From: Octopus bimaculoides
Lineage: Eukaryota
Assembly: GCF_001194135.2 (NCBI RefSeq)
Contig: NC_068993.1
Coordinates: 11,018,427-11,071,339 of the forward strand
Direction: 5' to 3'
DNA: 52,913 nt
The notes under the pieces were generated by a model that had not been told where the DNA came from, made no database searches, and worked only from the letters and a program-made list of their open reading frames with translations. This document shows, in pieces, positions 1 through 13,190 of this stretch (position 1 is the stretch's first letter; each line of letters opens with the position of its first letter). A program made the position numbers and the translations under genes.

Positions 1-899
1 GTCAAGCGAAAACCGGCGGTCAGGTGGTGTGTAAGGGTAGGACAAACATAAACACATACATACATACATACATGCATGCATGCATGCATACATACATACA
101 TACATAAATGCATACATACATACAAACAGACAGACATACACATATGTGTATGTGTGTGTGCATATATATATATACAATATATATATATTTCTCCTTCCAA
201 ATGTGTCGTGTTACTTTTGTTCGTTCCGTTATTCGTGTGTGTGTTTGTTTGTGAGTGTGTGTGAGGCGTGCGTGTGTATGCACATGTAAATGTCGAACGA
301 TGAAAATCAGTGCTCAACACCGCATTGGTCGATGTAATTTCTTTATTTGTGAATTAAGGCTACCATTGGTTTCATGTTAGAAAGNNNNNNNNNNATATCA
401 CACTGATATCATAAGTCATCCGTACCTGAATATTAGGAAACTTATAGTATATGGTATAGTATATGTTATATCAGAAATACCATATATGTAATATATATCA
501 TAAAAAAATTACATATCACAAAATCTCGTCATTTCACATATATCATTTGATAAACATCGCTGTATGTGATATAAGATATAATTTTAGCGAAGTTGAAGAA
601 TGCGCTTTGCATAAAACGCCCGTCTTTATAATTTCGTTAGATGATAAATAGTTTTGCTAGTATTTCATATTTCATTTAATCGAAATTTATAATATGAGAA
701 CAAGGGAACCAGAGAGAATCCAAGAATAACGAAAAAAATTCGTCTTTGTCATTTAGCGCTTTTTATCCTTTATCTTTTACACGTTTCTCTCTTTGGAGAA
801 CCGCTACGCTGGAAGGGTTTAGTTTCAGAAAATATCGACTCCGGTAAATATTTTTATGGGATATATTTTGCCGAAGTGGTAACTTACGGGTACGCAACC

Positions 900-1075
900 G
901 TCAAGCGAAAACCGGCGGTCAGGTGGTGTGTAAGGGTAGGACAAACATAAACACATACATACATACATACATGCATGCATGCATGCATACATACATACAT
1001 ACATAAATGCATACATACATACAAACAGACAGACATACACATATGTGTATGTGTGTGTGCATATATATATATACA
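900..1075 (+). repeat. Exact 176-bp duplicate of window positions 1-176 (probable assembly artefact)
   Basis: gtcaagcgaaaaccggcggtcagg...catatatatatataca is identical at 1-176 and 900-1075, including microsatellite lengths. The second copy ends at an N-gap and a 10-N gap (385-394) separates the two contigs. Confidence 0.9.
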
Positions 1076-1378
1076 NNNNNNNNNNNNNNNNNNNNNNNNN
1101 NNNNNNNNNNNNNNNNNNNNNNNNNNNNNNNNNNNNNNNNNNNNNNNNNNNNNNNNNNNNNNNNNNNNNNNNNNNNNNNNNNNNNNNNNNNNNNNNNNNN
1201 NNNNNNNNNNNNNNNNNNNNNNNNNNNNNNNNNNNNNNNNNNNNNNNNNNNNNNNNNNNNNNNNNNNNNNNNNNNNNATATATATATATATATATATATA
1301 CTAGTGAGTAGACAAACAAAAGAAGGGCAAATGCAGCACATTTATTGGGAGTTACAGGTAAAGATCAAAAGATTTTGA

Positions 1379-1476
1379 TTCTGACTCCTTGGTACTCTGA
1401 GTTTCAAACGTGCGGCTAGTCTTCTAGCTTGAAGACTAGTGACACGCTTGAAACTCAGAGTACCAAGGAGTCTGAA
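1379..1476. other. Long inverted repeat / hairpin
   Basis: The 30-bp outer arms gactccttggtactctgagtttcaaacgtg (1383-1412) and cacgcttgaaactcagagtaccaaggagtc (1443-1472) have 1 mismatch. A 3x3 internal loop and a 9-bp inner stem ctagtcttc/gaagactag close a 6-nt loop. Confidence 0.9.
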
Positions 1477-2099
1477 CCCCAAACTGCTCAATTTCAAAAT
1501 GCATTATTTTTTACTCAAATAATAATGCTAATGCCTAAACATTTACATACTTTGCTTATAAATGTCTAACCTTATACTGAGTTTGAGTTTCATGTAATAA
1601 ACGACTACAAATTTGAATTCTAGACAAATTTGAACTCTAGACCTCGTTTTTCATATGATTCGCAAACGTCAGTTCGTATGAGAAAATCATAAGATTATCA
1701 GAAGAAAAAAAAGTAGTAAAAAAAATAATATCTAAATATGTTGTATCTACGGACATAGAAAGGAACCATAGCAGTAAAGCTGGGTTCTTGGTTGTGCATA
1801 AATGTACGTAATGACATAGAATTCAGTGAAAAGGTTCGGGCTAGAATTTGCAAAGCTAACATGGTAGAAAAAGAGTGTTTCCTTTCGTAGAAAGCTAAAC
1901 GGATATGTTAAATCTTGAATGCCAGATGTTTACTGTTAAGAATTAGGTAGTTTTTGGTGGTTTTCTATAGTAAGAACGAATAAAAAAATTAAAAAAAGAG
2001 AATGATTGATTTCTTAAGACTTGCTCTACGCATATAGGTATTTATATAAATGCAGTACACAAACACACAGAAATTCACTAGCACACACACACACACACA

Positions 2100-2136
<37 letters not shown>

Positions 2137-2720
2137 TTACACGCGCGCGCGCAATCACATATACACATGCATATCTTTATGTATGTGTATGCATACGTAG
2201 GTGTGAATACGTATGTGTGAGTGAATGTGCGTGTGTATGGTTACATGTATAAATGTATGTATATGTACTTCTCCGGTTATATGCATAAAAAAAAAAAAAA
2301 TTTCTGCATAACGTGTTTACACAGACACACATAAGTGTATATATATATATATATATATATATACAAATACATTTTTGATAAGTATCTTTCGCGTACAGCA
2401 GAACTTAATAGTAAAGTAGAGAAGCACCAACACAGTTTCTCGGCAGCCATCTTGGAATTCTTATACTCCTTAGTTAGCATTACACCTGGCACTTGAAGCA
2501 ATAACAGCCTTAATTTTCAGCTTTTAATTTGAAATGTTCTTTAGGTATATCGGCTTCCCTGCTTACGTCGAAAATGTTTGTTCTGTATATATTTTTCTTT
2601 CCCCCATAGGATTTTATTGCAGAAAACGCAATAAAAGCGCGAGTATCAAGTGATATCCACAATGGCGTACTGCTGCACAACTGGGACGGTGTTGTTGCTA
2701 TGCACACAAATATTCGAAAT

Positions 2721-2918
2721 TAGTGGTTCTGGGCTGTTTTTAATATCCGGGTCAGATATTAAACTCGGATACTTTTTTTAGACGGCCGAACCAAAAGACC
2801 AAAACGCAATTCAATTTAAGAAAAATCTATTATATTTATAAACAAAAGACTCGGAGGGCCGCCAGAAGAATACTTGAAAGCCGTATTCGGCCGTGGGAGC
2901 CGCGATTGAGAACCGCTC
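2721..2918. mobile_element. Degenerate hAT (Charlie-like) MITE
   Basis: Left end TAGTGGTTCT and reverse complement of right end GAGCGGTTCTCAA resemble Charlie-type termini CAG(T/C)GGTTCTCAA. The 8-bp flanks ttcgaaat/ttttagat match at 5 of 8 positions and both resemble the nTCTAGAn target preference. Confidence 0.4.
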
Positions 2919-3534
2919 TTTTAGATCGTATCCAGAAAAGGGTCACTCGTTGAACTAACATTCAGTCACTCACAGACACGTTCCTACCTTTGGCCCACAT
3001 ACGTGCCATCTCATCTCAGTATTATTTGTATTGCTAATACTATAACCTCTGTTCTTCAGAGCTGGTTGTTCTCGTACCTCTGACCTCATTGTCTCTCCAC
3101 TGCTCGTCATTCCTGGCCTCATACTAAAAACAATACCCAATCCTTCTTCCATACCCCCCCCCCCCAGCAAGACATCATCTCTCCGGAATCTTCTTGCTTT
3201 TCTCTTTCGAGGTTTTGACTTGAATCAGGTCATTCGTGACATTAGTGGAACCAACATTGCTGGTCTAGGTCGGCGTACAAAGGCCGTGCATACTGTCCTT
3301 TCCTCAGAGTCAAGAGACAAAAATATATCCATGTAATTTTTTTTGAAGTTTGGTTATGGAAATATAAAAACCTATAAAAAAGAAGCTATTATGAGATTTG
3401 ACGTATTAACTGACAAAAAACACAAATACACACACACAAACACATACACACATATGCCTATGTGTGTATATATGTATATATACTATGCATATCAGGGCAC
3501 ACACACCCACACACACGTATATATATGCATATAC

Positions 3535-3601
<67 letters not shown>

Positions 3602-3746
3602 NNNNNNNNNNNNNNNNNNNNNNNNNNNNNNNNNNNNNNNNNNNNNNNNNNNNNNNNNNNNNNNNNNNNNNNNNNNNNNNNNNNNNAACGATACACTTAT
3701 GTGTACATACACACATATGTACATGTATATTTCTATATATATATAT

Positions 3747-3828
<82 letters not shown>

Positions 3829-3970
3829 GTATATTTATATGTACACACCCACCCACACATATATACACACAACGCATATATATACACATGAATATAAATA
3901 TATAAATGTATATGTATATGTAAGTGTGTGTGAGTTCGTTTGATTTTGTAGGAATACACATTCAAATACA

Positions 3971-4003
<33 letters not shown>

Positions 4004-4363
4004 GTTCACACATACAAATGCATCCACGTGGATGTTTCGTTTCTGTTATCAGAACTGATCTACTGATCGTTGTAGCAACTTATCAATTATAGTGTAAGGG
4101 TGGGCATGGCGACGGAGTTTGTTTCTGTAATCACTGGAACGAGACCGATATGATATCTGTGATAGGTGGGTATCCTTTGGATAAAGCATTGATATCAAAG
4201 GGACTACGTACCTCAAATGTATGAAGTAATCGATACGCCACGCTGGAGAATAAATATTTCCAAATTCAGTTCACGAATTGAGGAATTACATGGATCAGAT
4301 TTCATGCAGGAACTTTTGAACGGAGTGTGATACAAAGCATCGTAGAATCAGCACGCATGCAAG

Positions 4364-4394
<31 letters not shown>

Positions 4395-4571
4395 ACACAT
4401 ACCACTCACACTCGAACACAGTATAACATTCTCGCACACGCTAGCACGTACACCACTTAGATACGCATACATATATAAATACATACAAATCTAATCTCTA
4501 TCTATCTACCTCTCTCTTTCTCTCTCTCCCTCTCTCTGTCTGTCTCTCTTTCTCTCTCTATATATGTATAA

Positions 4572-4646
<75 letters not shown>

Positions 4647-5465
4647 CTATTGTACATTTATTACCAAGAGAGATATCGTAATCCCTTTGGTAACATTACT
4701 CGATTATAGGTTAAACCCTTTTAGATACATATACACGCTACGCAATTCTCTAGTCTTGCCTCTTGCCTCTGTATTCCTCAGTGAATATATATATATATAT
4801 ANNNNNNNNNNNNNNNNNNNNNNNNNNNNNNNNNNNNNNNNNNNNNNNNNNNNNNNNNNNNNNNNNNNNNNNNNNNNNNNNNNNNNNNNNNNNNNNNNNN
4901 NNNNNNNNNNNNNNNNNNNNNNNNNNNNNNNNNNNNNNNNNNNNNNNNNNNNNNNNNNNNNNNNNNNNNNNNNNNNNNNNNNNNNNNNNNNNNNNNNNNN
5001 NNNNNNNNNNNNNNNNNNNNNNNNNNNNNNNNNNNNNNNNNNNNNNNNNNNNNNNNNNNNNNNNNNNNNNNNNNNNNNNNNNNNNNNNNNNNNNNNNNNN
5101 NNNNNNNNNNNNNNNNNNNNNNNNNNNNNNNNNNNNNNNNNNNNNNNNNNNNNNNNNNNNNNNNNNNNNNNNNNNNNNNNNNNNNNNNNNNNNNNNNNNN
5201 NNNNNNNNNNNNNNNNNNNNNNNNNNNNNNNNNNNNNNNNNNNNNNNNNNNNNNNNNNNNNATATATATATATATATATAATCAAAATAAGCAACAAAGA
5301 TATCCAGAGGTAATGCAGTACGGTCGTTTCATGCAACTCCATTTAATTGAAGGATGCAATCACTACATCAATTTAAAATGCAGGGCAATCCTCAGCTGCA
5401 CAAAGATATAGAATTTAATTTAATTAAATTAGTATAGTATGCTAATGTGTCCATCTGTTCACATG

Positions 5466-5624
5466 CACCATCCAGAAGATGTAGTAAATGGCGAAGGCGT
5501 CACCATTCTTTGGAACTTCCCAATACAAACAGACAGAAAAATTGACTCCAATCGACTAGACATTGTGATCAAGGACTACAACAGAGAACAGAGAATTTGT
5601 CTGTTAATAAATATCTCTGTCTCA
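5466..5624 (+). mobile_element. R4/Dong-clade non-LTR retrotransposon fragment, restriction-like endonuclease (RLE) region
   Basis: Translates HHPEDVVNGEGVTILWNFPIQTDRKIDSNRLDIVIKDYNREQRICLLINISVS. This matches the R4/Dong-type pattern ...ILWDxxIQTDxxIxxNRPDIVIxD...CxxIDVxxP, with the catalytic PD decayed to LD. It runs into (AAC)n/(AAT)n. Confidence 0.8.
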
Positions 5625-5654
5625 CAACATCAACAACAACAATAATAATAATCC

Positions 5655-5860
5655 TTTTTTTACTAAAGGTACAAGGCTTGAAAATCTGGGGAAGTGGGTA
5701 AGTCAACCCTAGTTTGTTAATGGTACTTATTTCATTGACACCGAAAGGATGAAAGGTAAAGCCGATCTCGGCGAAATTTGAACTCAGAACCTAAGAACGG
5801 ACAAAATGCCGCTAAGCATTCACGTCCGTCGTGCTAACGGGTTTGCCAGTTCGTCGCCGT
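5655..5860 (-). mobile_element. tRNA-derived SINE, family A
   Basis: Reverse complement carries ggcgacgaactggcaaacccgttagcac...gttctgagttcaaatttcgccgagatcggctttacctttcatcctttcgg, homologous to the full copy at 35468-35699. Confidence 0.85.
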
Positions 5861-6848
5861 AATAATATTAATAATAATGGCTTCAAATAACGACAAAAAA
5901 CGAAAGGAATTTTAATGTCAGCAATTTGCTTCCACGACTTACTTAACCTTTCTAAATTTCATATTAATGAAATAACATATACACATTCATGCACAACACA
6001 AACACACGCATAAATATACATACACGCACGCACGCATACACACACACACAGACAAACACACACACACAAATATGCACATATATGCATATATGTACATGTA
6101 TGTATATATAAAAATACATGTATGTGTGTCCCTAGAAAAATACGTATTTAAGTATATATATATATATATANNNNNNNNNNNNNNNNNNNNNNNNNNNNNN
6201 NNNNNNNNNNNNNNNNNNNNNNNNNNNNNNNNNNNNNNNNNNNNNNNNNNNNNNNNNNNNNNNNNNNNNNNNNNNNNNNNNNNNNNNNNNNNNNNNNNNN
6301 NNNNNNNNNNNNNNNNNNNNNNNNNNNNNNNNNNNNNNNNNNNNNNNNNNNNNNNNNNNNNNNNNNNNNNNNNNNNNNNNNNNNNNNNNNNNNNNNNNNN
6401 NNNNNNNNNNNNNNNNNNNNNNNNNNNNNNNNNNNNNNNNNNNNNNNNNNNNNNNNNNNNNNNNNNNNNNNNNNNNNNNNNNNNNNNNNNNNNNNNNNNN
6501 NNNNNNNNNNNNNNNNNNNNNNNNNNNNNNNNNNNNNNNNNNNNNNNNNNNNNNNNNNNNNNNNNNNNNNNNNNNNNNNNNNNNNNNNNNNNNNNNNNNN
6601 NNNNNNNNNNNNNNNNNNNNNNNNNNNNNNNNNNNNNNNNNNNNNNNNNNNNNNNNNNNNNNNNNNNNNNNNNNNNNNNNNNNNNNNNNNNNNNNNNNNN
6701 NNNNNNNNNNNNNNNNNNNNNNNNNNNNNNNNNNNNNNNNNNNNNNNNNNNNNNNNNNNNNNNNNNNNNNNNNNNNNNNNNNNNNNNNNNNNNNNNNNNN
6801 NNNNNNNNNNNNNNNNNNNNNNNNNNNNNNNNNNNNNNNNNNNNNNNN

Positions 6849-6902
<54 letters not shown>

Positions 6903-7217
6903 GCATATATATAGATACATATAGCGTTTTACAGACACACACACACAAATAAATATACGCTTATATAACTTAGAAACATAATGTATATGTTGCTATATAT
7001 AATATATATATATATATGTGTGTGTGTGTGTATGTGTGTGTGTGCGTGCGTGTGTGTGTATGTGTATGTGTGCTATCTCAGAACACACACACGCACTCAA
7101 CACACACTCACACACACGGACAGATACGCATATATCCCGTACACATGCATTCGTATGCGCACATGTATTTGTATGACTGCATATTTGTATATTTCAGTAT
7201 GTATATATACATATATA

Positions 7218-7262
<45 letters not shown>

Positions 7263-8599
7263 GATACATATGTGTAGGTATATGTATACACACACACACT
7301 CATACGCATACGTATTTATATGTGTGTGTGTGTGTGTATATATATGTATGTATAACTATATGTACTTATATAAATGTGCTTATTCTTATGTTTTTTTTCA
7401 CCAAACTCTAGAGTATATCAGTGCATCTATGTTTTTATGTATGTTTTTATGTTTTTATGTATGAAACCATCTGAGCCTGCGTGAGTATGTTTCTGATCTT
7501 GCTATTGCTGAAGTAAGGGGCTAACCGTAGAGACTGGTATGGGGGCTGCATGGTGTTTGATAGGTGATCACTCACTCCCCGCCCCCTTGATCATTTGCCT
7601 TCCCTTCAAGCGATAAACTTCTAAAATATGTTTAGCTTATCGATATGATTGTGTCGCAACTATGGAGACTCACAGCTGCATCAATTTCGCAAGCTAATCT
7701 CTCAAAAAAGAAACCTCCATCTCTCACTTTCACTTGCACTCCCTGTACATAAAACACACAGACAAACACACTCACACACACACACACACATGTAATTATG
7801 TTTGAGTGTATGAAAATGAAAATATGAATACAGAAAAGAGCACATATACACACAGATGAATATATATATATNNNNNNNNNNNNNNNNNNNNNNNNNNNNN
7901 NNNNNNNNNNNNNNNNNNNNNNNNNNNNNNNNNNNNNNNNNNNNNNNNNNNNNNNNNNNNNNNNNNNNNNNNNNNNNNNNNNNNNNNNNNNNNNNNNNNN
8001 NNNNNNNNNNNNNNNNNNNNNNNNNNNNNNNNNNNNNNNNNNNNNNNNNNNNNNNNNNNNNNNNNNNNNNNNNNNNNNNNNNNNNNNNNNNNNNNNNNNN
8101 NNNNNNNNNNNNNNNNNNNNNNNNNNNNNNNNNNNNNNNNNNNNNNNNNNNNNNNNNNNNNNNNNNNNNNNNNNNNNNNNNNNNNNNNNNNNNNNNNNNN
8201 NNNNNNNNNNNNNNNNNNNNNNNNNNNNNNNNNNNNNNNNNNNNNNNNNNNNNNNNNNNNNNNNNNNNNNNNNNNNNNNNNNNNNNNNNNNNNNNNNNNN
8301 NNNNNNNNNNNNNNNNNNNNNNNNNNNNNNNNNNNNNNNNNNNNNNNNNNNNNNNNNNNNNNNNNNNNNNNNNNNNNNNNNNNNNNNNNNNNNNNNNNNN
8401 NNNNNNNNNNNNNNNNNNNNNNNNNNNNNNNNNNNNNNNNNNNNNNNNNNNNNNNNNNNNNNNACCATTTTGCTCACAATTCATTCCAACAGAGGTGATA
8501 TTCTACCCTAAGCACCAAACGATTGTTTACCATCCTTCCATTCTTCCACACCACCGAGGAGCGTCTGCAATCAATTTTATGCAACTGAAAGTACCGAAC

Positions 8600-8812
8600 T
8601 TACATAACAACAAGAACAACAACAACAACGATAATGGTGGTGGTGGTGATGATGATGATGATGATAATAGTAATAACAATAATAATATTGCTACTAAATT
8701 ACCACAAATACTGCTGAGGGTCATGATAATGATACTGGTAATGATAACTATAATATTAATAGTTTATGAAAATAATATGCTGAAAACAAACACATGAATT
8801 AATAAATGTATA

Positions 8813-8859
<47 letters not shown>

Positions 8860-8915
8860 CGATGATGATGCTGGTAGTGGTGATAGTGGTGGTGGTGATG
8901 ATGATGATGATATCA

Positions 8916-8949
<34 letters not shown>

Positions 8950-9044
8950 GAAGAAGAAGAAGAAGAAGAAGAAGAATAAGAATAATAAGAATAATGATGA
9001 TGATAATAATGATGATCATGATGATCATAATAATAATAATAATG

Positions 9045-9087
<43 letters not shown>

Positions 9088-9113
9088 TGATGATGATGAT
9101 GATGATGATGCTC

Positions 9114-9182
<69 letters not shown>

Positions 9183-9240
9183 GTAAAAATAATAATGATG
9201 ATAATGATAATAATGATAATAACAACAACAATTAAAATAA
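8600..9240. repeat. Compound trinucleotide microsatellite (AAC/GAT/GGT/AAT/AAG)
   Basis: Successive pure triplet runs are visible directly. Confidence 0.95.
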
Positions 9241-9559
9241 AGATACACACAGTATAAGGAATAAATATCATTTGCCAGTAGACATATCTTGTTAAACAAA
9301 TTTCATGCAGAATGAGAGGGCGCCGCTGTTTGAATTTTCCCGTTTCTTTCTCATGTATATCATTCGTGTCTTATGTTATTTTTGTTTTAAATGATGTAAA
9401 AAATAAATAATGTTCTTACGTTAATTTCTTTTTTTACGTGAAGATAATTTTATATTTCATTATTTCTGCTTATATATTCTTTCATTTTAAATAATTTTTC
9501 CTTTTTTTTTCTCTATAATTTTTTTTCTATAATTTTGCGATAAAATATATTGTAATTAT

Positions 9560-9656
<97 letters not shown>

Positions 9657-9902
9657 CATACATATGTTTATATATACATATATATATGTATGTAGATGTG
9701 TATCCGTGTGAGAGTATAATATGGTATTTCATATGTGATGTAATATGCATTGTACGAGTCGATATAGGTAGAGCTGTAATTCCATTTTGTTTCTCATGAT
9801 GCCGTTGTTTTACATATATGTATTATATCTATATCTATATTTATATCTATATATATATATATGTATATGCATAATATATGTATTATATATATATATATAC
9901 AC

Positions 9903-9964
<62 letters not shown>

Positions 9965-10529
9965 TTATATATGTATATATCCGAATATATATGCTTGTAT
10001 GTGCGTATATATGGGAAACAGTCTTTCTGTTATGCATGTTTCCTTAAATACACAACTACGTTGATGTTTTGATCGTTTTATTTTGAATTTTTGGTATTTT
10101 CTTAGATTTGTTGTACTTGGTTTAGATACAATAAAGTTTCTAATTTTATATTCGACGTTTCCACATCTTCATAATCTCATTTCTAAGAATTGAATATATA
10201 GAACTGAACATATCTGTGTTGTTCCTTATAAACTGGTTGAATTCGCTCAGAATTTCCCGCCAAAGATTTATTCTATGTCAGTTGCTACGTGTTAAATTGT
10301 CGATAAATGCTTTTGGGTGTTCATTTTGACATTGTATTGTGATATGCGCATGCTTTCCATAAATAATCTTCTATTTTTGCTAGGAATTTTATAAATGTAT
10401 GATTATAAACTAAATATTCTCCCCTTCAGTATTTTCTTATTTAATTTTGTTTCGTAGCGTGCGGTGTAATGCTGCATAACAGCTTCAAGTTGCAGATGCA
10501 TAGTGAATTTATATTGGTGTTGTGCTGGT

Positions 10530-10611
10530 CTGTCCAGTAGTCAGATTCGAACTAGGAACCTACATTTTAAACAATTAATAGTATCTGTCTTAACCATTAA
10601 GTCACCGACTT
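10530..10611 (-). mobile_element. tRNA-like SINE head
   Basis: Minus strand gtcggTGACTTAATGGttaag...ctaGTTCGAATCtgact has A box and B box at tRNA-like spacing; no intact cloverleaf. Confidence 0.55.
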
Positions 10612-11062
10612 ATGTACATCAATGTGCTCCCTATGTAAATTTTAGTTTCATTTAAGCAGCCATATCAAATTTATGTCAGAGTTAGTCTAACCGATTCGGT
10701 TTTCAAAAATCTCCATATGTCCTCTCTCTTTGATCTTACTAAGATTTCGACTGTAATTTTCTATCAATTATAGAAATTTCATTCCCTCTATATAATTTTC
10801 TTTTTATTTCACATATTTTCAACCATTCCTGATTTAGATGTTTTTTTTTCTTGCAACAGAATTATTTAACGTTTCTTCTATTCTGACACTTGAGACTCTT
10901 CCGAATATACCGTTTTAAAGATATTCAACAAATACATGGAACGTTATAGAAGTAGTTTTTTTTTGTTTTTTTAATAACTTAACCATTCTTGTGTAGGTTT
11001 GATTCCGAGATGAATCTGCCAAGTGTGGTGATTCTTTTAAACACAATTCTGATGTTATGCCA

Positions 11063-11381
11063 TTCCGTCGGTTACAACGACGAGGGTTCCAGTTGATCCG
11101 ATCAACGAAACAGCCTGTTCGTGAAATTAACGTACAAGTGGCTTGGCACTCTACAGACACGTATACCCATAACGTAGTTTTCAGGGAGAACCAGCGTGAC
11201 ACAGAGTGTGACAAGGCTGGCCTTTTGCAATACAGTTACTACTCATTTTTGCCAGCTGAGTAAACTCGAGCAACGTGAAATCAAGTGCTTTGCTCAAGGA
11301 CACAACGCGTCGCCGAGAATTGAACTCACGACTATACGGTTGTGCGCCAAATAACCTAACCACTAAGCCACGCAACTTCAC
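11063..11381 (-). mobile_element. tRNA-derived SINE, family C
   Basis: Minus-strand head gttgcgTGGCTTAGTGGttagg...gtgaGTTCAATTCtc is followed by ttgtgtccttgagcaaagcacttg...actcagctggc. Its 3' body (about 180 bp, ccgtcggttac..gtgacacagag..aaggctggcc) is homologous to 28480-28650. Confidence 0.85.
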
Positions 11382-11532
11382 TTTGTTGTTATCTGTACTC
11401 CAATTTCCTGAAATTTTCTTTCGCAGTAAGATAGTAATAGAGGAATTTGATCGGAGTTCAAGCCCCAGCCACCAGCTTGAGAGCTGTGTGAACCATAGAC
11501 TATTAGTCGGTATTTAATATTCAAAAATTTAA

Positions 11533-11700
11533 GGGCAGTGAGCGGGCAGAATAGTTAGCACGCCGGGCGAAATGCTTAGCAGTATTTCGTCTGCCTTTAC
11601 GCTCTGAGTTCAAATTCCACCGAGGTCAACTTTGCCTTTCATTCTTTCGGGGTCGATAAGTTAAGCACCAGGGCATTGTGCCTAGAGTAGAAAAGAATAT
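11533..11700 (+). mobile_element. tRNA-derived SINE, family A
   Basis: ggcagtgagcgggcagaatagttagcacgccgggcgaaatgcttagc...ctgagttcaaattccaccgaggtcaactttgcctttcattctttcggggtcgataag is homologous to 35468-35699. Confidence 0.9.
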
Positions 11701-12668
11701 TCAATAATGTATATTTCATGTAAGTCATTTCATCAATATAAACTCATATATTTGTACAAATGTAAGCACTCGAACATGCCTTTCTTACTATTGTATCATT
11801 GAGGTTCATAGATTAATTGACGGTAGTTTTTCAATGAATTAATGTTCTGATGCTTGATGCTGTACTTCAGCAATATAATTGCGGCTTACCTTTATCTAGA
11901 TTTAATAAATTTGATTAATGCACTCAGTGAGTTTCAGTGGCGTTAAAAAATTTGAACGTTCTTTCGATATAAGAAAGGATCATCCATGTATCTTAAACGA
12001 ACTGCAGATTAAATTGGCTTTTCTCGAGATTAGTATTCAAACTGGAGAAGAAAATAACAAACCACTTCAGTATCTCTGCCAAGAAAATACTATAAGAAAA
12101 TAAAAACGAAGCAACGTTATGGCTTCATCCGATGGGAGAACTCCCGTTTAACCGGCAAGACTTTCGCTGTCGAGACATCAACGGGCTTTAAAAGTGTATT
12201 ATACATGATGACGACGGCGAGTCTTCGAATATTCCCCGGAAATGTTTGATATTATTGATGATAATGGTGCTTGAATAGACATCTCGTTCTCTTGTTGGCA
12301 AATTTCATTATCAGTCTACAAATGAAGCATTCAGAGCTACAATATTTTAAAGTCTTCACGATATTACATAATTGAATTGTACTACTATGACAACAATATT
12401 CGTGTACTTCTAGTATGATTGTAATATCTGATAAAATCTCACTTGTGATTAGGTTTGCCACATCAAGGCTGATCCTGTGGTAGGATATGATAAGCTTTTT
12501 CCTGAATTTGCTTCATGATGTCTGATGAAATTTTCGTACATGAAGGATTTCTGCCTATGATGTGAAGAAGTAAAACAAACGTCTCAGCTAATGGACACAG
12601 AGTCTCTATTACTGTTGACAGAACTTAGAATGATTGAGGTTTAATTATACTTGGGAATGACCGTATAT

Positions 12669-12745
<77 letters not shown>

Positions 12746-12748
<3 letters not shown>

Positions 12749-12805
12749 AATATTTCACAGGATTTTAACATATCACATTATGTTAAGATCCTGTGAAATA
12801 TTTAG
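12746..12805. other. 60-nt near-perfect hairpin next to a (TCTA)n array
   Basis: 27-bp arms ctaaatatttcacaggattttaacata / tatgttaagatcctgtgaaatatttag with a 6-nt loop tcacat; the only deviation is one G.U pair on the plus strand. Confidence 0.9.
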
Positions 12806-13133
12806 CTTAAACTAAATATTAAAAAGCAATTAGTTTCGTATTGAAGTAGACTATACGGATCTGATAAAATGTGAAGTTCTTTATTTGTGCAAGCGATATG
12901 ATTATAAACTATATACTTGTTAGGTGTATTTGAAAACAGGAAAAATAAAGGTTCTAGAACATACAACAGATAATGCGTGCGCGCGTGTGTATATATGCAT
13001 TTTACCTGTAAATGTTAAGACATATATATTCTAATCATTCAGTCTAATATTAAATTCTTTTATATGTAAGTTGATATAAAACAAAAGTTAATATGCACAC
13101 ACACACACGCACTCACACACACACACACACGCA

Positions 13134-13139
<6 letters not shown>

Positions 13140-13190
<51 letters not shown>

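Noticed and set aside
4021-4034. Perfect 14-bp palindrome catccacgtggatg containing an E-box
   Set aside because: A single short palindrome is near chance expectation and has no supporting context.
7674-7742. 69-nt minus-strand candidate exon (tacag|GVQVKVRDGGFFFERLACEIDAA|gtgagt)
   Set aside because: Splice sites are plausible, but the peptide is unrecognised and no partner exons were found; such matches are expected by chance in 50 kb.
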